This document shows positions 1-7,400 of a stretch of DNA of 64,000 bases, in pieces (the first letter of the stretch is position 1; every line of letters starts with the position of its first letter). The notes under the pieces were generated by a model. That model did not search any database. It had not been told where the DNA came from and saw nothing but the letters and a program-made list of their open reading frames with translations. The position numbers and the translations under genes are program-made. This DNA is from an uncultured Acidobacteriaceae bacterium (GTDB lineage Bacteria; Acidobacteriota; Terriglobia; Terriglobales; Acidobacteriaceae), in the NCBI GenBank assembly GCA_963764735.1, contig CAVXTS010000002.1, positions 1,663,082 to 1,727,081 on the forward strand, in the 5' to 3' direction.

Positions 1-699
1 CCGCGATGCGGTCAACGTCGCCATCCCCGTCGGCACAATCACCCGCAACCCGCGATAAAGTCTTCGCCCGCCCGCCGCCTCTCGGCAGTGCGCCAGCCAC
101 AGCACACCCACCGTCAGAATCCCGTCCACCGTGGCCTGCGTCTCCGCCGCATTCACCCCGATCACCGCCCACGCTTGTTGCCCCTGCACCAGCGAGCCCC
201 GCGCATACGCTGGGCCGAAGCTCTTCTCCAGGTCCATCGCCGTGCGGAAGCCATCCGCCTTCCAGTCGCCCCAGCCATCGCCGCGCCCGCGCAGTATCAC
301 CCGCTCCAGCATGCGCAGGTAGCGCATCCGCGTCGCCTCGCGCGTCGACGGTGTCCGCCGATCCTTGTTCGCCAGCAGTTCCAGCGATCCCGGCCGCGTC
401 TGCCCGAACCGGTGCGTTGTCAGCCGCAGCATCCGCTCCGGCGCAGTTCCGCGCACCACCGCTGCGCTCACCCGCCGAACAATATTTCGTTCCTCGCTCC
501 ACACCTGCAGCGCGCATCGCCCATGCTCGGTGTTCAGCGAGTACTTCGCCGTCCGCATGTCGAACAGCACCTTGCCGTCCTCCAGCACCACGGCCTGCGC
601 ATGCTCGGCGAGAAAGTTTTCCAGCGCCGCCGCAATCTGTTCGGGCGTCTGTTCTGCTTCCGCGGAGGTTTTGCCGGGGCGAACTCGGGTCGGCATCAT
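1..699 (-). CDS. conserved hypothetical protein, N-terminal 233 codons (gene runs off the left edge of the window)
   Basis: The reverse-strand frame is open from ATGATG (699-694) to base 1. It is absent from the ORF track only because no stop lies in the window. Hand translation MMPTRVRPGKTSAEAEQTPEQIAAALENFLAEHAQAVVLEDGKVLFDMRTAKYSLNTEHGRCALQVWSEERNIVRRV... is compositionally normal. The plus-strand ORFs over the same bases (6..851, 88..957, 365..715) are Pro/Arg/Ser-rich antisense artefacts. No family recognised. Confidence 0.55.
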   Translation of the reverse strand, partial: MMPTRVRPGKTSAEAEQTPEQIAAALENFLAEHAQAVVLEDGKVLFDMRTAKYSLNTEHGRCALQVWSEERNIVRRVSAAVVRGTAPERMLRLTTHRFGQTRPGSLELLANKDRRTPSTREATRMRYLRMLERVILRGRGDGWGDWKADGFRTAMDLEKSFGPAYARGSLVQGQQAWAVIGVNAAETQATVDGILTVGVLWLAHCREAAGGRRLYRGLRVIVPTGMATLTASR

Positions 700-752
700 C
701 GCGCTGCAAGTCTAGCACTCCGCTCCCGGACCACCCTTGGCGCCGCCAATCC

Positions 753-851
753 AATGCCGCCAAAGACCAGCTCGGCATCAAGCTCGACTCGCAAAAAGCT
801 CCGGTCGACTACGTCCTCGTCGACCACACCGAGCATCCCTCCGCCAACTGA
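753..851 (+). pseudogene. C-terminal remnant of a TIGR03435-like (Acidobacteria-expanded) protein
   Basis: The last 32 codons of ORF 6..851 read NAAKDQLGIKLDSQKAPVDYVLVDHTEHPSAN*. This matches my memory of the conserved C-terminus of the TIGR03435 family (QLGLKLE..KGPV.VLVIDH.E.PS.N). Nothing upstream in that frame resembles the rest of such a protein. Confidence 0.35.
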
Positions 852-856
852 CCGCG

Positions 857-1297
857 CTATTTCAGCTTCTTCGCAAAGTGAAAGCTGGTCACCCGCATCC
901 CTTCGCGGAAATAAAATGCGTGCGCCTCCTGCCGCTGCGTGCCGGAGTCCAGGCTGAACGTCGCGCATCCCGCCTCGCGCGCGTACACCTCCAGCCAGTC
1001 CAGCAGCTTCTTGCCGTACCCCCGCGAGCGCCGCCGCTCATCTGTCACCAGGTCGTCGACATACAGCGTCCGCCCGGTTGCCAGCATCTCCATCACGCGA
1101 AATCCCGCCACCGCGACCACCTCGCCGGCAGCCTCGCCCGCGCCCTCCAGAAACGCCAGCCGATAGCCCTCAGCCTGCTGCGCCTGCACCCGTCCCACAA
1201 ATCCCTTCGCCGCCAAATGCGGACGCAACTCCGCCATCACGGCAAAGCAGCGCGCAATCTCTTCGTCTGTCTCCGCCAGGCGCGCGCCGCCCGTCAC
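857..1297 (-). CDS. GNAT family N-acetyltransferase
   Basis: ORF 857..1495 trimmed to GTG 1297. The acetyl-CoA motif RRRSRGYGKKLLDWL (R-x-x-G-x-G) and the usual ~146-aa GNAT length are present. GTG 1297-1295 overlaps the upstream stop TGA 1296-1294 (GTGA), implying translational coupling with the DinB gene. Confidence 0.85.
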   Translation of the reverse strand: MTGGARLAETDEEIARCFAVMAELRPHLAAKGFVGRVQAQQAEGYRLAFLEGAGEAAGEVVAVAGFRVMEMLATGRTLYVDDLVTDERRRSRGYGKKLLDWLEVYAREAGCATFSLDSGTQRQEAHAFYFREGMRVTSFHFAKKLK

Positions 1298-1842
1298 CAC
1301 CCTTCGCGCTCCCGCAGCCGCGTGATATGGGCCACGTGGTGCCGCGAGTGCCACGCATACATCTGCGTCATCGCCTCCAGCGTCGTTCGGCCGCCCTCCG
1401 GGTGGTTGTAGCCTCGCGCCCACTGCTCCTCGGTCAGCGACTCCAGCAGCATCACCCAGCGCGCGTGCATTTCCTCCACCAGCGCTACGGACCATCCCAC
1501 GGGCGCGGCAACCGCATCACGCAGATTCGCCCAGGCCTTCTCGTCATACGGCTTGATCGTAGGCCAATCCTCGGTCAGCGCCAGCCGCACCCGCACATAG
1601 GCGTTCATGTGGCTGTCCGCGATATGGTGTACCAGCTGCCGAACCGTCCATCCGCCTTCGCGATACGGCGTGTCCAACTGCTCCCGTTCCAGCCCGTTCA
1701 CCGCGTTGGCCAACCTTCTCGGCAGCGCCGCCAGCTCCGCAATCGCAACCATCCGCTGGTGTACCGACACGTTCTCCGGCCGCTTGAACTTGCCTATCGG
1801 GTACCTGAGATCTACCTCTGCCAACCCTGCAGTTTCGCTCAT
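1294..1842 (-). CDS. DinB/YfiT-family metal-dependent hydrolase
   Basis: ORF 1294..1926 trimmed to ATG 1842, which has GAAGGAG 7 nt upstream. Conserved His motifs QLVHHIADSHMNAY and YAWHSRHHVAHI, and RYPIGKF near the N-terminus, are typical of YfiT/DinB_2 proteins. Confidence 0.85.
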   Translation of the reverse strand: MSETAGLAEVDLRYPIGKFKRPENVSVHQRMVAIAELAALPRRLANAVNGLEREQLDTPYREGGWTVRQLVHHIADSHMNAYVRVRLALTEDWPTIKPYDEKAWANLRDAVAAPVGWSVALVEEMHARWVMLLESLTEEQWARGYNHPEGGRTTLEAMTQMYAWHSRHHVAHITRLREREGW

Positions 1843-1965
1843 GGCGCTCTCCTTCTCGATTGGCCCGTAGGCAAGCAAAGGTAGCACAGCCGACATAGCC
1901 GAAAAAGTCCTTGCAAATCTCTGCACGGTTTGGCGTGAATCCTGCGCCCCGCTCCCTCTCCCGCG

Positions 1966-3450
1966 TCAGTCTCCAGCCGTCTGCAAGAGCGGTGCCGGCT
2001 GCGCGGCGGCAGAGCTCCGCCGCGTCCGCAGGTTGTCGATGGCGTAGTTGATAAACCGCGGTTCCAGGCCCGTCGGCCGTCCCACGAACCGGCACGACGC
2101 CACCACCTGGTCCATGATGAACCGGGGTTGAAACGCCGCCAGTTCCAGCTTCTTTTCATCCCGAATCCGCCGCACAATCGAGTCGAATATCTCGTCGGTC
2201 AGCGTCAACCCATACGGCTGGCACTCTTTCTCGAAAATCTGCCGGTAGATCTCCACGCTGGGCGATCCAATCTCAATCTTGTAGGGCAGCCGCCGCAGAA
2301 ACGCCGGGTCCATCAGGTCCTCCGGCTCAAGATTCGTCGAGAAGATCACCAGTTCCTCAAACGGGATGCTGAAGCTCTTGCCCGTGTGCAGCTTCAGGTA
2401 GTCGAACCGGTTTTCCAGCGGCACAATCCACCGATTCAGCAGCGTGCCCGGAGCCACCAGTTGTCGCCCAAAATCGTCGATCACGAAGCACCCGCCCAGC
2501 GCCTTCATATGCAGCGGCGCCTCGTAAAAGTTCGATGCGGGATCATACCGAAGGTCCAGCATCTCCAGCGTCAGTTCGCCGCCCGCCGCCACAAAGGGCC
2601 GCTTGCACGGCACCCAGCGCGCGTCAATCGACTCCCGCCTCATAATCGACGGCGCCCCCTTGTCACCGCTCGCCGGCGGGTTCACCACAATCGGAATATG
2701 CATGCTCGGGTCGTAGATGCGGATAATCTGCCCCTCCACAATCACCGCATACGGCACGTAAATCAAATCCGTGAACACATTGGCCAGCCGCAGCGCAAAC
2801 GACGTCTTGCCATTGCCCGGCGGCCCGTACAGCAACATCGCCCGCCCCGAGTTCAGCGCCGGCCCGCATTGTTCAATGAAGCTGTCGTTCAGCACCAGGT
2901 CGCTCAGGCTCTCGCGCACCCGCTCCGGAGTTACCACTTCGTTGGTCACCTTCTGCAGGTTCACCCGGTCGCTGAACTCCTCCAGCGTCACCGGCGCCGG
3001 TCCCACGTACTGCGACCGCTGCAGCGCATCCATCGCCCAGCGCCGCCCCTCCTCGGTCATGGAGTAGTTCATGTCCGTGATGTTGTCCGGCCGCAGCCCC
3101 CGCGTATACAGCAGCTTGCGCTCCGTCGCCACCTTCACCAGTTCCACCACAATGTGGTACGGCAGCTTGATCGCGTCCGTAAACTGCCGTCCGCTCTCCA
3201 GCCGCTCCGTGTAGATCAGCTTCATCAGCAGGCTCACCAGCTCGTTCTGGTCGATCCCCACCGCCCGGATATTGTCCGGCTCCGCCGGCGTGCGATGGAT
3301 AAAAGCGTCCAGCGCCTCCTGGCTCATGTACCCCGCGGCCACCAGGTGATCGCCAAAACGCCCGCCTCGCTCGGCCTGGCGCTTCAGCGCATGGTTCGCC
3401 TGCTCCACCGTGATCAGCTTCGCCCGGACCAGCAGGTCCCCCAGTGTCAT
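1966..3450 (-). CDS. AAA+ ATPase with N-terminal T2SSE_N/MshEN-like domain
   Basis: 494-aa ORF. Walker A is LLYGPPGNGKTS, Walker B-like is CFVIDDFGR, and an arginine region FLRRLPYKIEIG is present. The first ~55 aa (TLGDLLVRAKLITVEQANHALKRQ ... RFGDHLVAAGYMSQEALDAFIH) resemble the N-terminal domain of type II secretion / MSHA ATPases. Confidence 0.85.
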   Translation of the reverse strand: MTLGDLLVRAKLITVEQANHALKRQAERGGRFGDHLVAAGYMSQEALDAFIHRTPAEPDNIRAVGIDQNELVSLLMKLIYTERLESGRQFTDAIKLPYHIVVELVKVATERKLLYTRGLRPDNITDMNYSMTEEGRRWAMDALQRSQYVGPAPVTLEEFSDRVNLQKVTNEVVTPERVRESLSDLVLNDSFIEQCGPALNSGRAMLLYGPPGNGKTSFALRLANVFTDLIYVPYAVIVEGQIIRIYDPSMHIPIVVNPPASGDKGAPSIMRRESIDARWVPCKRPFVAAGGELTLEMLDLRYDPASNFYEAPLHMKALGGCFVIDDFGRQLVAPGTLLNRWIVPLENRFDYLKLHTGKSFSIPFEELVIFSTNLEPEDLMDPAFLRRLPYKIEIGSPSVEIYRQIFEKECQPYGLTLTDEIFDSIVRRIRDEKKLELAAFQPRFIMDQVVASCRFVGRPTGLEPRFINYAIDNLRTRRSSAAAQPAPLLQTAGD

Positions 3451-3561
3451 TCGCAGTGCGATGGCGTCCTCCTCGGCGGCGTCTCAGTCTTGGGGCATTT
3501 CTTCATTTCGCGCCATCTCCCCGCCTGAAACTCCAGCCGGTCTGATTCTCCCACAAGCCGC

Positions 3562-3746
3562 CCCTCTCCGAGGTTCGCGTCAGAAAAGAGCTGTCATCCT
3601 GAGCGAAGTTTGGCGCACCCTTGCGCCAAACGCAGTCGAAGGAACTGCGGTTGCCCCTCCGAGGTTCGCGTCAGAAAAGAGCTGTCATCCTGAGCGAAGT
3701 TTGGCGCACCCTTGCGCCAAACGCAGTCGAAGGACCTGCGGTTGCC
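3562..3746. repeat. tandem direct repeat, 2 x 91 bp, REP-like element with internal hairpin
   Basis: GAGGTTCGCGTCAGAAAAGAGCTGTCATCCTGAGCGAAGTTTGGCGCACCCTTGCGCCAAACGCAGTCGAAGGA(A/C)CTGCGGTTGCC occurs at 3570-3660 and again at 3661-3746 with one mismatch. Each unit holds a 9-bp stem, TTTGGCGCA-cccT-TGCGCCAAA (first copy 3609-3630). The GTCATCCTGAGCGAAG...GTCGAAGGA signature is a dispersed-repeat family I associate with Acidobacteria. Confidence 0.9.
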
Positions 3747-3938
3747 TCTGCGCCTCCGCCCATGGGTTTCCATCCTGAGTCCACCTCCTCGTCTTTTCTC
3801 TTTTTCCCCCTTCGCTCTGGGATAATCGCACTAGCTCTGGCGGTTCCCGGCCCCTCGTCGATTCGCGCCGCGGTGTGCACCCTCAGGCGTGCATCCCGGC
3901 GCCGAAGCCAACGCTTGGTGCCGTCCCGCTTGTCCCCA

Positions 3939-6620
3939 ATGAAACCACTCCGTCTGGTCTCGACTCCAACTCGCAACCGGCGCCTCAACGAGATCATCGG
4001 CCTCGCCCTGCTTGCCTGCGCCGCATTAATCTTCCTCGCGCTCGCCACCTACACGCCCACCGACCCCTCCGCCGACACCGTGGGCGGATTCGCCGCCGCC
4101 CACTCCGGCGCCGGCCTGGGAACCCGTCTTGGCGCTGAATTCCGTGGCTCCGCGCAGAACTGGACCGGCCTCATCGGCGCGTGGCTCGCCGACCTCGTCC
4201 TCCAGTCGATCGGCGTCGCCGCATTTCTCCTGCCCATCCTGCTCGGCCGCCTTGGCTGGTGCTGGATGCGCCAGCGCCCTGCCGGCTCCGCAACCGCGCG
4301 CTTCCTCGGCCTCGGCCTGTGGGTCATCTTCGCGCCGGCGGCCATCGGCCTGCTTCCCCGAACCTTCTACTGGCGCCAGGCGGTACCCCTTGAAGGCGTA
4401 TCCGGCCGCCTGCTCGCCGACGCCCTGGTGCACTACCTCAACCTGCCCGGCGCCTCCATCGTCCTCGCCCTCATGGTCGCGATGTCGCTCTACCTCGCCA
4501 CCACCTTCACCTTCCACACCGCCAGCGACTGGATCGACCGCCACTTCTCCTTCGTCCGCCGCCTCTCCGAGCGCTACCAGGACTGGAAAGTCCGCCGCGC
4601 CACCGCCCGCGAAGAGAAACTCGCCCTCACCCACGACTCCGTCGCCGAACCCGCTCCCGGCGTCTTCGCCAGCAAGCGCGAGCAGAGCCTCCAGCAGGCC
4701 GGCCTCGCCCTCGAACGCGAGCGCCAGGCCGCCGCCGAGGCCGAAGCCCCCGCCACCCTCCTCGGCGGATTTCTAGCCTGGTGGGGCCGCCTCCGCCGCC
4801 GCAAGCACGCCGCCCCCGCACCGCAGGATGCCGTCCCAGCCCAGCTCGCCGAACCCTCCGCCTCGGTCTGGCAATCCATGCCCCGCACCCACGTCGATGC
4901 TCCTCCGGTGACGCCGCTGGCCACCGCCGCAGCCGCAGCCGCACCCTTCGCCGAAGCCCTCGCAGCCGCCGCCGCTCCCCTTCGCAACCCAGAGCCGGTC
5001 GCCCCATCCACCGGGGTCCCCAGCGAACTCGTTCGCAGGGGTGGATCCTCGCGCAGCGAGGGTGGACTGAACCAGGCTCCCCCCCAATCCATCTCCTTCG
5101 GCAAGCGTGCCGACGCCGACATCAAGCCCGTCACCATCACCCCCAAATCCATCCGCGGCTACAAGCTCCCCTCCTCGTCGCTGCTCTATCGTTCCGACGA
5201 GACCCCCATCGTCCGCGAGCAGGCCCTCCGCGACGAAGCCCGCACCCTCGTCCAGAAATGCGCGGAATTCGGCGTCGACGGCCAGGTCACCCAGATCAAC
5301 CCCGGCCCCGTCGTCACCACCTTCGAGTTCCGTCCCGACGCTGGCGTCAAATACTCCCGCGTCACCGGCCTCGCCGACGACCTCTGCCTCGCCATGGCCG
5401 CCGAATCCATCCTCATCGAGCGCATGGCCGGCAAATCCACCGTCGGCATTCAGGTCCCCAACCACGGCCGCGAAACCATCTGGCTCCGCGACGTCGTCGA
5501 GTGCGAATCCTTCGCCCAGTCCAAATCCAGGCTCGCCATCGCTCTGGGCAAAGACATCAACGGCCGCATCGTCACCGCCGACCTCGCCTCCATGCCCCAC
5601 GTCCTCATCGCCGGTTCCACCGGCTCCGGCAAATCCGTAGCCATCAACGCCATGATCATGTCCGTCCTGTTCAAATCCACCCCCGAACAGGTCCGCATGA
5701 TCCTCGTCGATCCCAAGCGCGTCGAGCTGGGCATGTACGAAGGCATTCCCCACCTCTTCACCCCCATCATCACCGAGGCCAAGCTCGCCGCCAACGCCCT
5801 GCGCAACGCCGTCCGCGAGATGGAGCGCCGCCTCAAACTCCTCGCCGCCAACCACGTCCGCAACATCGACCAGTTCAACAAGCTCTTCGACAACGGCTCC
5901 GACTACCTCTTCGACGACGCCGACCAGGAGCCCCTGCCCTACATCATCATCATCATCGACGAGCTCGCCGACCTCATGATGCTCGACCGCGCCAACGTCG
6001 AAGAATCCATCACCCGCCTCGCCCAGATGGCCCGCGCCGTCGGCATCCACCTCATCCTCGCCACCCAGCGCCCGTCCGTCGACGTCATTACCGGCCTCAT
6101 CAAGGCCAACATCCCCACCCGCATCAGCTTCCGCCTCGCCACCAAGGTCGACTCCCGCACCATCATCGACTCCAACGGCGCCGAATCCCTCCTCGGCAAA
6201 GGCGACATGCTCTACCTCGCGCCCGGAACCAGCCGCGTCCATCGCCTCCACGCGCCCTTCGTCACCGAAAAGGAAATCTCCGCCGTCACCGAGTTCTGGA
6301 AAGCCCAGGGCGAAGCCGAGTACGTCCACGGCTTCCTCGAAGGTCCCAAAGATGAAGCCGGCAAAGATCTCGACTCCAACGGAGACTCCAGCCAGGAAGA
6401 CGACGACCTCTTCGACGACGCCGTCCGCCTGGTCTTCGAATTCGGCAAGGCCAGCACCTCGCTCCTCCAGCGCCGCCTGCGCATCGGCTACGGCCGCGCC
6501 GCCCACCTCATCGACATGATGGAGCGCGACGGCCTGGTCGGCCCCGCCGACGGCTCCAAGCCCCGCGAAATCCTCAAAGCCCCCGACTACTACAAAGAAG
6601 TCGACTCCGCCCTGCGGTAG
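3939..6620 (+). CDS. ftsK: DNA translocase FtsK
   Basis: ORF 3621..6620 trimmed to ATG 3939. MKPLRLVSTPTRNRRLNEIIGLALLACAALIFLALATY is a typical FtsK N-terminus, and the codons upstream are translated REP repeats. Features are N-terminal TM helices, a Pro/Ala-rich linker, Walker A GSTGSGKS, Walker B IIIIDELADL, and a C-terminal gamma winged helix LLQRRLRIGYGRAAHLIDMMERDGLVGP. Confidence 0.95.
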   Translation: MKPLRLVSTPTRNRRLNEIIGLALLACAALIFLALATYTPTDPSADTVGGFAAAHSGAGLGTRLGAEFRGSAQNWTGLIGAWLADLVLQSIGVAAFLLPILLGRLGWCWMRQRPAGSATARFLGLGLWVIFAPAAIGLLPRTFYWRQAVPLEGVSGRLLADALVHYLNLPGASIVLALMVAMSLYLATTFTFHTASDWIDRHFSFVRRLSERYQDWKVRRATAREEKLALTHDSVAEPAPGVFASKREQSLQQAGLALERERQAAAEAEAPATLLGGFLAWWGRLRRRKHAAPAPQDAVPAQLAEPSASVWQSMPRTHVDAPPVTPLATAAAAAAPFAEALAAAAAPLRNPEPVAPSTGVPSELVRRGGSSRSEGGLNQAPPQSISFGKRADADIKPVTITPKSIRGYKLPSSSLLYRSDETPIVREQALRDEARTLVQKCAEFGVDGQVTQINPGPVVTTFEFRPDAGVKYSRVTGLADDLCLAMAAESILIERMAGKSTVGIQVPNHGRETIWLRDVVECESFAQSKSRLAIALGKDINGRIVTADLASMPHVLIAGSTGSGKSVAINAMIMSVLFKSTPEQVRMILVDPKRVELGMYEGIPHLFTPIITEAKLAANALRNAVREMERRLKLLAANHVRNIDQFNKLFDNGSDYLFDDADQEPLPYIIIIIDELADLMMLDRANVEESITRLAQMARAVGIHLILATQRPSVDVITGLIKANIPTRISFRLATKVDSRTIIDSNGAESLLGKGDMLYLAPGTSRVHRLHAPFVTEKEISAVTEFWKAQGEAEYVHGFLEGPKDEAGKDLDSNGDSSQEDDDLFDDAVRLVFEFGKASTSLLQRRLRIGYGRAAHLIDMMERDGLVGPADGSKPREILKAPDYYKEVDSALR

Positions 6621-6667
6621 AACCTTTGAGTCTGTTCGTCATAGCTGATAGCGCATCCGCCGGGTGC

Positions 6668-6696
6668 CCCACATCTCGCTTCTGAGATGTGGGTTT
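6668..6696. terminator. hairpin between convergent ftsK and antitoxin genes (probable bidirectional terminator)
   Basis: CCCACATCTC-gcttct-GAGATGTGGG (10-bp stem) is followed by TTT on the plus strand, 48 nt after the ftsK stop. Confidence 0.55.
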
Positions 6697-6709
6697 GCCG
6701 CCACCACCG

Positions 6710-7009
6710 CTACCGCACACCCGCCCGCTCCTGCCCTTTCACTACCGGCCGCGCAGCCGCCGCCACATACTGCTCGTCGAGTGCCCGGCGCAGCAGTGTC
6801 TTAATCACCGCCTGCCGGCTGATATCCAACTCCTTGGCCTCGCGGTCCAGTTCCTCGAGCATGGAAGCCGTGAAGTCCACATTCACCCGCTGCACCGGCG
6901 CCATCATGCGCCCTGCATTGGTGAAGAAGCGCGACACGTCCTCTCCCTTGTCCGCCATTCTCGCGATGCTCTCCGCCGTCACCGCGCTCCTGCTACGAGT
7001 TTGCTTCAT
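6710..7009 (-). CDS. ribbon-helix-helix (CopG/BrnA-like) type II antitoxin, no adjacent toxin gene
   Basis: 99-aa ORF with SD GAGGAGGAG 7 nt upstream. The C-terminal RVNVDFTASMLEELDREAKELDISRQAVIKTLLRRALDEQY is a classic RHH fold signature. The N-terminal part (ESIARMADKGEDVSRFF) resembles BrnA-type antitoxins that normally pair with a DUF497/BrnT toxin. Confidence 0.75.
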   Translation of the reverse strand: MKQTRSRSAVTAESIARMADKGEDVSRFFTNAGRMMAPVQRVNVDFTASMLEELDREAKELDISRQAVIKTLLRRALDEQYVAAAARPVVKGQERAGVR

Positions 7010-7199
7010 AGAGTCGCTCCTCCTCTCGTGTGGCCTTCCAACCCCACAACTGTCTCACCCAAGGGGGTCACCCCACAGATGTCAACCCCCTGAATCTGTG
7101 CAAAACCCGTCCTCAATTCACAATCCAAACCACATGAAATCTTCCCCAAAAGTACAGTTGAGTTTTGCTCGATTCGCTACAATTAAGTAGTAGAGATTA

Positions 7200-7322
7200 A
7201 ACAGAAACAAAGGAACCGAAGCAGGCCCGGCGAACCATCGCCGGGCCTCCGCATTTAACCAGCACTTTTCCGGTTCCCTCTAACCTCGTACCACGAAGCT
7301 CGAACCTAAAGAGTCTAGACAC
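7200..7322 (-). ncRNA. candidate small RNA (promoter plus intrinsic terminator, no ORF)
   Basis: On the minus strand: -35 TTGAGA (7357-7352), a 17-nt spacer and -10 TTTATA (7334-7329). About 75 nt downstream is the hairpin AGGCCCGGCG-aaccat-CGCCGGGCCT (7223-7248). In the minus sense it is followed by GCUUCGGUUCCUUUGUUUCUGUUU. Prediction only. Confidence 0.25.
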
Positions 7323-7374
7323 CGCGTATATAAATACGCATCGCATTCATTTCTCAACCACTTAGTTAGATATA

Positions 7375-7390
7375 CCCCCCCGGGGGGGGG
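7375..7390. repeat. homopolymeric palindrome C7G9 abutting the ribosome-binding site of the 7401 gene
   Basis: CCCCCCCGGGGGGGGG at 7375-7390 is immediately followed by AGGAGccaccATG (start 7401). Confidence 0.9.
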
Positions 7391-7400
7391 AGGAGCCACC

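Noticed and set aside
2128-3528. 466-aa plus-strand ORF opposite the AAA+ ATPase. Similar cases are 8329..9720, 42429..43505, 44117..45112, 36902..37825 and 38161..39018
   Set aside because: All are Arg/His/Pro/Gln-rich mirror-frame ORFs of convincingly assigned genes on the other strand.
3562-3746. Tandem repeat considered as a CRISPR array
   Set aside because: It has only two directly abutting 91-bp units and no spacers, the repeats are far longer than CRISPR repeats, and there are no cas genes in the window.
4773-6506. 577-aa minus-strand ORF, and the 524-aa plus-strand ORF 4781..6355 in another frame, across the ftsK motor domain
   Set aside because: The translations are Gly/Asp/Ala/Val- or Arg/Pro-rich with no motifs. 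They lie entirely inside the well-supported ftsK frame. These are typical long spurious ORFs of high-GC DNA.
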